A DNA stretch of 64,000 bases, taken from assembly GCA_044892505.1 (NCBI GenBank), contig CM097883.1, positions 183,706,001-183,770,000 on the forward strand. The letters are read 5' to 3'. The stretch is from Schmidtea nova (taxonomy: Eukaryota). Below the pieces are notes generated by a model, which searched no databases, was not told the DNA's origin, and worked only from the letters and a program-made list of their open reading frames with translations. Both the position numbers and the translations under genes were made by a program. Positions 1 to 12,410 of the stretch are shown here, piece by piece; position 1 is the stretch's first letter; the number at the start of each line of letters is the position of its first letter.

Positions 1-540
1 GATTCAATTCATTCAAAAGTTTCAACATTTCAAGTGGTGTTTTCTTTGTCGGTAATGATCGCATTTCTTTTAGAAAAGTTCTCCACTGAATCCACTCATC
101 ACAGAGTTCATCAGTGACATCATCAGAGTAGAATTTCAAACAATTTCAAAGATTCCATTGTTGCAGTGCTGTTTTCATCATACGCAGTATAAAAAATAAC
201 AACGATCGTCGATTGCTTTATATGCTGCAATTCTACGGTTAAGATCGGTAACAAGTGAATCAATTATAACATAATAGGTATCAACTTTGAACTTCTCTTC
301 CCCCGTTAAAACAACAGCTGACTCATTGCTATCGTCTGCTCTGCGTTTTGGTTGACGTGCGCGTCTTGTTTCGAATTTCTTTTCTGAGCACAATTCTGCA
401 GCGGTATCTCGATAAAATTCAAATCTATTCCTCTGAGATGCTAGAAATTCCGACAATGACTTCAGTAGTCCTACTGCAGTACACAGATCCATTTTTTCTG
501 ATTGCAACAGCTGGCTTATATCATTTATGCGTTCCAGAAT
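1..540 (-). pseudogene. C-terminal part of outer ZMYM1/Tip100-type hAT transposase (frameshifted near 180, runs off window)
   Basis: Minus strand reads (ILE)RINDISQLLQSEKMDLCTAV...KFKVDTYYVIIDSLVTDLNRR; after a frameshift FYSDDVTDELCDEWIQWRTFL. It joins in frame to the 7160-8011 segment once the inner element and one TSD copy are removed. Confidence 0.85.
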
Positions 541-1103
541 TAGAGCATCTAAACCGGTTAAAACCGAAACCGGTTAACCGGTTAATCGGAGGTTTTTTAA
601 AAAACCGTAAACCGGGTTATTTTACACGGTTAACCGGTTTTTCCAATTATTTAATTAAATATAAAGAATATTCAGTTTTTATTCACACAGTTATAAATTA
701 CGCGCTCAACTCGAGGATTACATTCAAAATAGAAAAGGTGTCAACAAAAGTGCCATTTCTAAGAAACACTTATATGCCTTCGGTTCCGTTTCTAAGAAAC
801 ACAAAATATGCCTTCGGTTCCGCAGAAAGGTTCGTTCAGGTACTTTCTTTGGGAAAGGGTTAGCCAACTATCTATTGTTATGTTTTTCTACGACGCAAAG
901 CATAAATAAACTACAAAAATCAGTCGTTAATTTCACGTTGCGTTTGAAAGTTGTGTTTTGCTGACAAGAAGGAAATTAAAGTGATTTGGCAACCCGTGTC
1001 CATAATTGCAATCAACAAGTCTATCAGGTAATTAATATTACGTGTATTGCATGTTATAAGTGTATAGTCAAATAACAATTCATTTTTACCAATTTTATAA
1101 AAA

Positions 1104-1280
1104 AAATGTTATTTGTTATAAATATAAACTTAAATCAATATACTAATATGTTATATGTATGTGTATAGTTGAAATTAATATATTTATAAAATATTTTAGC
1201 AACCATAAAAAATGAATTCGAAAAAATCAAGCGTTTGGAGCTATTTTGACAAGGACATTACCACATAGACACCTAAATGT
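1104..1280 (+). repeat. Left copy of ~175-bp direct repeat (right copy 4759-4933) bracketing the viral/retroelement insert; contains the transposase start
   Basis: aaatgttatttgttataaatataaact...gacacctaaatgt occurs twice with scattered substitutions; both copies encode M..KKSSVWSYFDKDI. Confidence 0.92.
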
Positions 1281-1297
1281 AATACAGGTTGCGATAG

Positions 1298-4288
1298 TAC
1301 ACTATCTGTAGAACATATAGTTGGAAATTTATTGGACTTTCAGGAAGCAATTATTGGACAAAGGGACCTTTAAATCCTTACCTCGGATCTAGAACGGCTG
1401 AGAGCATCAGCATCTATCAGCCGTGGGAAAAGGAGACCGAGCTGCCGATTATTAAAAAGGAAATGAATATGAGGAGAGCAATTGGATGGTTTGTGGATAG
1501 AGACTCCAGTCCCGGAAGACTTATTTTCTCAAACCTCCTAGCTCTCACAGGAGAGGATTTGTCGGTGTCCGTATCAAATTTTGAACGAACAGAAAACCCT
1601 ATTCATAGGCTTTACTGCTCTCGCCAAAACAACTCGGGGCAGCCTGGAGTCTCTCCTAACGTCTTGAGACATATAATGGTAACGGCAGATCAGCTCGAAG
1701 ATCTGATCAAAACCAATTATGATTTTATGTATCAGTCTCTTTTGATTATGCAGAGGTGATGATGAAATTAGAGAAGATAAATACATCTAGAATTCACTAT
1801 CATATAAATTGTTTCACATGTCTAAGACCTATTGATTATTTCAAACTGAGTTCAGATATTGAGTATGAATTCCCAGATGTTTCACTTCAAATGAAACGGA
1901 TGGTTACATGTGAACTATCTTTGTTAAAAAGACTTCCCTTGATGCCAAAGTCCTATCAAATTCATATCAAATTAAGTTCTGAAGAACTTTCTTTTCATAT
2001 AGGAAAAAATCAAGGTTTTTTATGGGGACTTAAGGTGTATCACATCGAAAAGAATCTCTCTGACTCCTGCATATTTTCATACATTATGTGGAAGAAGATA
2101 CTGCCTAAAGAATACTTGTCCGGTCTTTTATTAGGATTTTTGAACGCCACCGTTCTGAATGCTTCAACTAGATGTTTCAGTTCAATGACTACTGAAGCTC
2201 AGATGTTGCTCAAAGGAAGTGTGTGGCACATCATTGACTGCTTCTTGTCTGATGTGAATATAGAGACGATGGTAGAGATAGAATCCTTTTATATATACTT
2301 CAAAAGTCAGAGATCAAACATCTGTGGCTGGTATCCTTAGAAAACCTTCTGACTTCTGATAAACCTCTTTCACTGATACAACTATACATATTTTCTGACC
2401 TAAGCTCTGATTATTTGAGTGTCATGTTCCAGCTTACGGAATACATGATGGACGCTTTTAAAGTAAAAACATTAAATGAACAGTCTCGAGTTAAAATAAA
2501 AATTGGGAAAAGACTTCTCAATGATTTAGAAGATATAGAGCTGGGACATTCCACAGATGCAAAGCAGGTTAGATTGAAAGAGGAGTTATCTCGCAGCATG
2601 TATCCAACAATTGTGTCAATACCCGTGGAATGCAGACATGCCTGTCAAGAGATTAAGATTCAACATACATTTATAGCACTCACACCAGAAGAACTGTTGA
2701 AGTCAGATAGGATAAAGACTTTCCCAGGATGCCAAGTACATGTAATAGAAATATATGATATTATTGGTCATAGAGTTGACCCTCATCGTTTTCGAGACAT
2801 AGAGAAAATTAAATCTTATATAAGCCCCTTAGGATCGGGATTAAGATTGATTCGTCTTTCTACTGGAGCTCAATATAAAATGCAATCTATATTGTTGAAA
2901 TGGAATCTGTCAGGGGATGGTCTATTCATGGGAGATGGCTCTGGCGGAATGTCGGCCATGTATTTAGAATGGGAGCGTGATACAAAGATCATATATAACA
3001 CTATGTATGAGTCGCATCCTGACAGAGGTAATGGTGTTTCATCTGGCACACCAGGAGCATTCCAAAGATTGAAAATATCCGATAGAAATAGATGCGTCAA
3101 CTTACATACCATGTGGCAAAATCCTTCTGATCTGAGTGATGAGTCGACATGGAAATATTTCATAAGAATTATAAATGAGAATAATTTGAATATCAAAGTG
3201 ATTGTTTGTGATGCTGAGATCAAAAATCCAGAAATGACAAGCAGTATAGAACTATTTCTTTTGAAATATCTGGAATTTATATTTAAAATCTCTGACAAGA
3301 AAAAAGAATTGCCCATTACCAACCATATAAGTAAAAGATTATTAATTTATAAAACATTCGGCAATAGAATTTGCGAAAATACTGAGTTTGTAGACTCTTT
3401 ATTGGGAATATTTGAAAAAGTGTACTTCTTTTTCCCTTTCGGACAAGGATCGCAGACCAGCGAAGTTTACTTGGTAGGAATTACTGATTCAGATGAATAC
3501 TTCAGTCCACGCAAACACTTCATATCTAATCTGTCAATACAACACCTTGTAAGATATATCACTCAGAAACAAGATTTAACATATGATTTGAAAAGAACAT
3601 CTGAGATGAATTACTCAAAGATGATAATAAATTATTCACAATTTATCCCATACAGTTCCACTACAGACGTAGCCATATTCTTGCAGGCTATAGGTATATA
3701 TACAGCGGGCGGTGCGAACGATTGGCTCAATCTGTTCTGACATATGCTACCAATAGAGGACATCCTCTAGGCATTCTATACATGATAGGAGGTCTAATTG
3801 GAGAGCAGTTAATTCCGGTCTGCCAATGGTACAACAGGTCTTCACTGGTTCCCTCAACAAGCCATCTATCTTACTTTTTATCTACTCTATACGGGCTCTG
3901 GTATTCTATAGTTTATCTCTGCAATTCAGAACTTTCTTATGGTTTCATAAATGAAAATTTTCAAGTATATCAAAAAGTAGAATTCGGTTTCGTTGAAGTA
4001 ACACATATGAATTAACCGAAAAGGTATAAAGCCTGGAGGATTTTATATGCCACCCTCTTGCCTGATGAAACTAAGACCATCAAAACTGTTTACATTGGAT
4101 CCGAAAGCTCACGAGCTCAAGAAGTCATAAGAATGATGTCTTGCCTCTATAAAGATACTAGATTCCAGAATAAGTCCTTAATTAATTCTGAAATTTGTTT
4201 CATAAACGAATTGTTAGCCAAGCATTATAGAAAATTGTCTATTGACATATTATTAAATAGAACAGGAATAAGTCCTTTTCCAGAGGAT
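1298..4288 (+). pseudogene. L: Endogenous viral element: rhabdovirus-like L protein (capping, connector, methyltransferase and C-terminal domains), frameshifted
   Basis: KGPLNPYLGSRT (GxxT), QPWEKE, IHRLYCSR (HR), GDGSGGMSA, RCVN..WQNPSDL....WKYF, VIVCDAE, LIYKTFG, SQTSEVY and C-terminal INELL...LLNRTGI are collinear with vesiculovirus L motifs as I recall them. Frameshifts near 1750, 2340-2415 and 3720; stop at 4013. Confidence 0.93.
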
Positions 4289-4758
4289 CAATGTAATCAC
4301 TGCCCAATAACTCAAAATGCTAGAAGAAACAAACATACGCACGTTTTAGAAAAAGTTAAAAATTTTTTTATAAACAAGGGATACCATGTTGATATTGAAT
4401 GCGCGCCCCGGGAGTAGAAACCACACTCAAACCAGACTTAATTATTAAAAGCTTAACTAACAAAAATATTCATATTGTAGATATTAAGGTTCCTTATGAC
4501 ATACAATCCAACTTTGATAATGCAAGAAAAGAAAACTACGATAAATACCTTAAACTTTCATTAGATACCGCTAAAATTAATAAATGTACAACCACCCTGT
4601 CAGCAATAGAAGTAGAAACAATAGGATCTTGGGATTGTGAAAATGATAAATACCTCAGGAAAATAGGACTAGGAGACACAGATATCAAATCACTCGCTAA
4701 AATATGTATGAAAGCAGCAGATACGGCTAGTTTTAAAATATATATGGATCATATTATT
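4289..4758 (+). mobile_element. 3' ORF fragment of an RLE non-LTR retrotransposon (NeSL/Utopia/R5-like endonuclease)
   Basis: CNHC..ARRNKH, KPDLII, IVDIKVPYD, ARKENYDKY, IGSWD..ND..L..IG, SFKIYMDHI; one frameshift near 4405. Confidence 0.88.
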
Positions 4759-4866
4759 AAATGTTATTTGTTATAAATATAAACTTAAATCAATAAACTA
4801 ATATATTATATGTATGTGTATAGTTGAAATTAATATATTTATAAAATATTTTAGCAACCATAAAAA

Positions 4867-6698
4867 ATGAAAAAAAAAATCAAGCGTTTGGAGCTATTTT
4901 GACAAGGACATTAACTCAGAGACACCTAAATGTCTTACATGTCGTAAAGATATGAAATGCAAAGAAGGATCGACATCGGCTCTCACAACACAATTGAAAA
5001 TTAAACCGGGCATTAGTTTAAAAAATATTGAAGAGTCAGAAGAAAATCGCGCAAAAAAGATGAAACGTCAATCAGGTGATATGATTAATTTTATGAAATG
5101 AGAGAGCTTGCCGAAATTTTTAGCGAAGTGTGCTGCATTTGATGGATTTTCCTTACGAGGAATTGTAAATTCAAGTGCAATTAAGGAATTTATCAATAGG
5201 CGGGGATATACGATGCCTCAACATGCATCAACTATTAAAAGTATGGTTGTAGATTTGTCTAATGAAAAAAAACTGGAACTCAGGGACGAACTTTTAAAAT
5301 TAACAAGAACTGGAACACGATTTTCTTTTACCGTAGATAAATGGACAAATATAAAATGTAAACGTTTTTTAAACTTGACTTTGCATGACACTAAAAATGA
5401 ATATAAATTAGGTTTAATGTATATTAAGGATACGTGCGATGCTTTTAATTTAAAACAAATATTACGGAAAAATTAAATGAATTTTATCTTAATTTAAAGA
5501 AAGATATTATAGCATCCACTCACGATGCTGCAGCAGTGATGAAAAAATACAGGAATTTAATTGGCATTAAAAGTCAACTTTGCTATAATCACGCTGTAAT
5601 GGAATTATTTTATAAAAATATTGATGAACGTGTACTTCCTCAAAATGACACTGAAAGTGATAATGAATCTGATGAATCATATGAAATTGATTATTTTAGT
5701 TTTAATGCAGATAAATCTGATAATAATCCGTGTATACACGATTTGCTAAAAAGCGTCCGTAAAATTATCCGATGTTTTAAATATTCTAGTGTAAGAAATT
5801 CTATTTTACAAAAATACGTTTAAGAACAAGAAAATAAGGAATTAGTTTTATTATTAGATTGTAAAACGAGGTGGAACTCCTTGACACCGATGATTGAAAG
5901 GTTTATTAAAATTAAGGAGTGTGTACGAAAATCTATTAAAGATATTAACCAGGAGTTTTTATATAATGAAATTAATTTTAATATATAAGAAAATATTGTT
6001 CATGTTCTGAAACCATTAGAAATTAGCGTTAAAGAATTAAGCAAAACTGATGCAACAATTTTAACGGCGGAAGGAGCATTTCAATTTTTATTTGAGCAGT
6101 TAAAATATATGAATCTCCGTTTAGTTCTGAAATGAGAAATTTATTAACTAAAAGAATATTAGAAAGACGCAATCAAAATTTAGTCACTTTGTTAACTTAT
6201 TTACAAACTACAGTGATTCCTAAAACAGTATTTAACTCAACTCAAGTATATATATCCAAAGCTTCCACAATTGCATACGAAAAACATTATAGGAAGGCTT
6301 TTCCCAAAAAACCTGATATAACAGAAACAGGCGAATCATTCGATGTACTTGTAAATAGAGACACTCACACAATTTCCTCAACTGTCATAACGGATCCGTT
6401 ATTTATAGAATTGCAAAAAAGCATATCTTCCATTATGACAGTTCCATGCCCGAAAGACATTTCGAAGGAATCATTGCAGTTAAATAAAGATTTCAAATCA
6501 TTTGAATCTACCAAAGAACGTACGCCAAATCTAGAAAAATTATATAAAGCATTATTAACGATTAAACCCACTTCAACTGCAAATGAACATGTATTTAGTG
6601 TTGCTAATAATTTTTGCACCAAAATTAGAAATTCTATGCACCACAATACACTTGATGCATTAGTTTTCTTAAAATATTATTTTTTAAATAATAAATAA
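4867..6698 (+). pseudogene. Inner hAT transposase (BED finger, DDE core, dimerisation domain), disrupted
   Basis: SSVWSYF..CLTC (BED), FSFTVDKWT..KRFLNLTLH, CKTRWNSL, TIKPTSTANEHVFSVA..LDALVFLK; several stops and frameshifts. Confidence 0.88.
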
Positions 6699-7159
6699 AA
6701 AAATGTGTGTTATTTTATTGTATAAGTAATAAGTATTGTATATTTCTATTTTTCTTACATTTTGATATTTGTGTTCATTATGATGAATTTTATTGTATAA
6801 GTAATAAGTATTGTAAATTTGTCTTTTATATTTTGAAATTTTTGTTCATTATGATGAATTTTGTTGTATATATTTTACAATGTACGTATAACTTCTCTTA
6901 TTCACCACCTTTGAAAACAAAAATAAAAGAATTATTTCCTCTTTTCGTGTTTCATTACCTATTTATATTTATTTATTATACCTATTTTTAAACAATCAAA
7001 CTATTAACATATAATTTTAACAAATGTTTACATTTTTTTTAATTTTGCAAATTACGTACTTGATTTTCTGAGGACAGTTTTAACCGGTTAACAGGTTTTT
7101 GATACGTAAAATACCCGAAAACCGGTTTGTACTTTTCCTCCGGTTATTTAGATGCCCTA

Positions 7160-8894
7160 TTCCAGAATGGTATTCCAAAAACACACCAAGAACACAGTTT
7201 CCAACTTATCCATGACATTCGCTAAATTTGTTGCTTCTGATCTCGTTTCTTTCTTTTGCAAACTGTTGCTGCCACTTTCTTGCAAAACAGATTGGTAGGT
7301 TTTATAGTGCTGATACATACTTCGTAGTGCAACAGCATGAGCAGACCACCGCGTGTCACTGAACCGTTTTGGAAGTAGTGCAGACTTTGACTTATCCGTT
7401 CCGATTACCTTTCGGCTGACAGCATCTTTGACAAGATTCCATCTATATGTCGAATCAGACAAGAAAACATAAATGTTCTGAACAAATCCGAAAAATGCAA
7501 CTGCCTCAATGCAAGCGTCAACAGCTGCAACCCCAGACAGATTCAGTGAGTGTGCCATACAAGGAATATAGGACGCCGTTTTTATGATTTCAATTATACG
7601 TGCCTGTACACCAGAATATTGTCCAGACATATTGCTGGCATTGTCGTATGTCTGACCTCTGCAGTCATTTAAATCAATATGAAGATCGCGAAAAGTTTCA
7701 ACAATTGTATCGAAGAGATGAAGACCGGTGTGTGACGAAATTTGAACAAATTTTAGAAAACGTTCAACAGGTTGGCCATTACTTTTCATATAGCGAACCG
7801 TGAAAGTTAATTGATCTGTGTGTGATATATCAGGCGTAGAATCAACACTGAAGGAAAAGTACTTTGCCCTTTTTAATTCATCAATAATACCTTTGGTGAC
7901 TTTTCTGGCCATAAGACCCACAAATTCTTCATAAGTAGTGGATGATAGGTATGATGTGATGCCATGTCCAGCATTTCCATGTGTCAATATGTTCCGCAAT
8001 AAATGAATCATATTCGGCTAAATACTCCAAACAACCTAAAAAGTTTCCATTATCTGCACTTCCAAAGGTTTCTGAAGATCCTCTGAGTGATAATCCACAC
8101 GATATGAGGAATTTTATTGTAGAAAAAACTCTCTTTAAAACTTCTCTCCAATAATGTTTTTGTTTCACAGCGTGCTCCCAAATTGATTTGTCCAAAGTCT
8201 GAACATTGGATATACGCGTTGCATAAGTGGGTAGAGCATATCTGTGATCAGCTGATTTTTCGTGTTGTTCAAGTCGATTTATGGTACTCCAGCTGTCAAA
8301 TCCTGTAGTCGCAAGAGCAGACGAACTGTTTATCGAAAACAGTTTACATACAAAATAAAAAACGCATCCAGATGATGGCGAATACAAAAGCCAATGCCTT
8401 TGAATTTTTTCTCCATTGTGAGATTGTGAGTAAAATGCTGAATCATTAAGTTTTCTGTTACAATTGGTATATTTCCTTAACGAATTTGCATAAACTCCTT
8501 CACGGTTTGCACACGCATTGGGCCCAGTGTGAAGCCAATAATTCACAAGATTACTATCCAGTACATTCCAAAAGGCTGGATCAGTTACAGAAATAATATC
8601 ATGTTTAGCAGTGTCAAACAAAGTTAGCGTATTTACGATTGATTCAGCCAGGATGATATTTAGTTGTTCTGATGAAGAAGTTATTTCATCAAAATCGTTT
8701 TCTTGCGGCGAAACATCTGTTGCAGATGAACTTTGTAGTAATTTCTCAGTATCAGCTAATTTTATTTCAACGGATTCACTATAAGTTTCAGATCTTTTAA
8801 CAAACTTATCGATTCCGCCACGTTGCAGTTCTGCCGCCTTTTCAAAAAGACGTTTCTTTTGGCGTTTTTGTGCGCCAGATTCAAATTTTTTCAT
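7160..8894 (-). pseudogene. N-terminal part of outer ZMYM1/Tip100-type hAT transposase (TTF zinc finger, DUF4371-like region)
   Basis: MKKFESGAQKRQKK, WLLYSPSSGCVFYFVCKLF, HEKSADH, LSLRG..GNFL, YFSFSVDSTPDISHTDQLT, CRGQTYDNASNMSG, PCMAHSLNL, DTRWSA; frameshift near 7980. Confidence 0.92.
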
Positions 8895-9617
8895 GGTTTA
8901 ATAGTAAATGTTAATTATTGTTAATATTAGTGTTAATAATAATATTATTGATAATAATGTTTTTAAAAATAATTATAATATACTATTATGTAATTTTGTG
9001 TGACGGTCATATTTAACTTATATTCGAATTTTAGTCTTGTAGACCCTCCAACGGCCACACAAAATATTTAAAAAAATCTCTAATCTAGCAAAGCATGAAT
9101 GAATGCGGTGAAAAGAAAGTAACATTCTACTACGCCGGTTAGATAATCTCAAGAGAGCGAGGCTAGAAGAATGTTATAATGCAATGATTTAGTAACACAT
9201 GTGGGATAAATATCGGATTCCTTGTCTAAATACAATATGTCAAGTTATTTATCTCCTATAACCAGATATACAGATATAAATTGTGGTAGTATTCAGTTGA
9301 CTGAAGAAAGTTTCAAGTTTCCAGATATAATTATATGCTGCGCCAACGATGCCAACGATCGTATGCCCATCACCCGGTCTGCTCAAATACAATCGGGTAC
9401 ATACATGCTACTAATGCCTACAGCCATGGACTCTATATCATAATATAGGAGTCCATGCTACAGCTTATCTTAATACAGATATGCATCTTGATCCGACTGT
9501 AAGGGATACAAGGCTTATCTGGCTATATCATCTTGCATAAAATAATAAGAACCATATATTTTTGTTCTATTTTATTTTAGCCGACAAATATTGTAAATTT
9601 GTTAATTTCATAGTAGG

Positions 9618-9689
9618 CCCCCTAACTTGTTAAGTTACGAGTGGGCCCGTTTCAATTGAAACATTTGCAATATGGTTAATCCGGCACAG
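9618..9689 (-). repeat. Probable left terminus of outer hAT
   Basis: Minus strand starts ctgtgccggattaacc with GGGCCC/GGCCCC subterminal motifs, like CAGTGCCGGATTAA-type hAT ends; the partner end is outside the window. Confidence 0.55.
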
Positions 9690-9759
9690 AATATGAGTAA
9701 ATAGCTCCATCGATCGAGAGGAGTGAACTAAACCAAATTAAATGTACGTTATATTGATG

Positions 9760-11400
9760 CGAGAATCGGATAACCGAGCTAACTAACAAATTTGATCAAT
9801 GACAAATCTTCCAACGATAAACTCTCTTACCATTTTCAGGATTCGGAAAAGTAACGAAGACCCGATTTGGCTATTAATAATGCTAGTCGTATAATTGTAA
9901 ATTCTTTTTCTCAACTACGATTGAAAATTTAATAGACGAAGATAATAAATGAAATTTTCGATCAGTGAAACTCGTAAGTCCAGAGTTCACCAAAATACTA
10001 TCAAACTGTAAACAATGACAGGAAGTGATATGTCCAAAATCAATAAACGACACACGAATTTAACCTATAATAAAATTATTCGAATTTGAATAACTTATAT
10101 TTTACCATATTGTGTAGGAAATTATATATCATCATAAACATGGAATTTATCGATCGAGAAATGTAACGGGAGCGAGAGAAGAGAGCCCCAAAGTTAATGA
10201 TCAAACGAAGATTTAACGTCCAACGCCTGATGGTCCTCTGAAGGATCTTCTCTCTAAAATATGCCAAAAGATAAATATAAAAGCGAGATTATGGCGTAGC
10301 GAACTGAAGATCCATTCCACATTTTCAATTTAGAAGATTGGTAAGCAAGACAAAGTCTGGTACCGGAGAAGACCCTGATGGGCCATAAATGTAGAAAGTG
10401 GTTATCTCTCATCATACTCAACCTGGTTCATCTTACCGCGGGATGTTTCAGGGAGGCCAAATACAATCTTATACTGGGCTACATCCCGAAAGCGACGTTT
10501 GATGAACTAGGATTTCTCGTATTCGACCATCCTCGTCCTCTCCCCAAAGTGCCGAAATCAGCGAACGAACCCAGGCCAACCGCAGTCTCAATGCAACCCT
10601 CAACAAAACGAAATATAAAGATCCATCGAGTGTTCGCTTTCCTATCTACACTATGTGTGCACTAGGAAGAAGAAATGAATTAGATCCCCATGTAGTAATT
10701 AATAAAAATCCCCATCTAGTTGTCAATATTCATAAATAAATCAAAACGCTTTGTCTTACGTCAAAGACCATATCACAAACAATAACCGAATAAAAGTCGC
10801 AGCCATAGGCGGCTTACATAGCCCTTCAAAACAACGAAATTCACATAAAATTTATCCATCAATTTGTCAGAAATCTAAGATCTAATTCAACTCCGCCAAG
10901 CTGTGAATGCAATAAACCTTATCTAAGGTCACGAGATCATGAAATATAACAGGTGAAACTTGTGATCTCACGGTTAAAGGTGCAATAATTCGAATTGGAA
11001 AGGGGATACTTTTCACCAACCCAGGTGAAGAAGCAGCTATAAGCCAAGCAGGTACAATCGATGTCTAATGTGAACTCGATGTTGTAAAAATCGAACTGAG
11101 AAACTGTCTCAGACAGGTAAATTAATCATTCGTGGAGACCGAATTGAGATCACTCTTCGACCAATCACTTACCACAAATAGACCGGTCACGTGGCCATGA
11201 TGAATAATCAAAATTCAGTCAGAATTAACATCACCGAAATCGACATGGAAATCCCTCCGCTGATCGATTAACGGACGGATGCGGAAACCTCAGCTATTGC
11301 ACACTCAAAGAGTTAGTGAACATGGTCCAGGCATTGTAGGCAGAAGCAAGCTTTTCCTAATACTTTAGTCACCAAAGTGGATTCGTTAAACGCGTTTTCA
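9760..11400 (-). mobile_element. Heavily decayed LINE (APE + RT) remnant, L1/Tx1-like
   Basis: Collinear degenerate words on minus strand: FCLQ, FGDVN (GDFN-like), FTW, DH, GSSPVPD (KSPGPDG-like), FIDF. No intact ORF. Confidence 0.3.
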
Positions 11401-12185
11401 GAATTGGACCTATTCACTGAGGTTATTCCGTTGTGACGGATCGCAAGCCCATGTGTTTTCAATAAAATTTTATGTATCTATTTCATTGTTTTGGCAAATC
11501 GTCGTCCCGTACTGAATATTAGGTGAAATCTGAATATCGTGATGTGAGCGACAGAAATACAGTTATGTAGAAAGATGAAACCAAAATAAAATACGGTCCG
11601 AGAACCTGAGTGGGTTCAAGTTGGGAGTAGACGCTAACAACGCAGCTTATCTGTCTGCTCAACCAACGTCTATATGTACATTACCAACGCGAAAAGACTA
11701 GGGATTTTTTCGGGTACATAGTCGATGACAAATCTTTTATGAAAGTGTTTACCATTAATCCCTAGATATTTCTAATAAAAACCAAATGAACACCAAGAAA
11801 AAAAACTGTATAATTAGTGGGAGATAAGGAGAGATATTCTTTTTTTTATTTGAAAAATTAATGAACTTCGGAATTTATCTCAATCAAAATTACTTGAGTT
11901 AATTTGTAATAAAATTTCTAGTAGAATTTATTATTCCGCCATCTTTTTATAGATCTAAAGATATAAGCATTATATAAGCTAGTTTTCCCTTTCCAAAAAT
12001 TAAGTGATCAATTTCCATTTACTTAAAATATTAGTATCAATTTTATATTGAATTTTTTAAATGCAACAATTACGCAGATTAAAATGGCGGAACACATTTT
12101 TAAAAAGTCACAAAAAGACACAAAAGAAGTTAAATTAATAAAGAAAACAAAATAATTGGAAGAAAACAAAATAATATATACATAT

Positions 12186-12410
12186 TGGTGGGTTGTTGAC
12201 CGTCAATATGACCTTGACGTTGCTATGGCTCATTATAACAACTCAGCACATAAAACATTAACTAACCATCTTGTTGCCCTCTACAATGAAACGTTTGTAA
12301 TGCAACAAATGTGTGGATGTTCGCAAACAGTGAGTGTCGAAAATTCAAAACTATGAGTTACCGAACATCACTATGGGTTCAAGGGCGACCGATAGAAGGT
12401 CTAATGTCCA
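12186..12410 (-). mobile_element. Inverted 3' (U5) end of an LTR of the element-1 family
   Basis: Reverse complement of the ~230-bp block at 26070-26297 and 41420-41647; no PBS adjacent. Confidence 0.85.

Larger units (their letters stand above)
541..7159 (+). mobile_element. Inner hAT DNA transposon (hATm-like) with cargo
   Basis: TIRs tagagcatctaaa (541-553) and tttagatgcccta (7147-7159), 1 mismatch; subterminal AACCGGTT clusters at both ends; identical 9-bp flanks ttccagaat (532-540, 7160-7168); internal transposase. Confidence 0.9.

Noticed and set aside
348-863. 171-aa plus-strand ORF
   Set aside because: Straddles antisense transposase and the TIR; no coherent protein.
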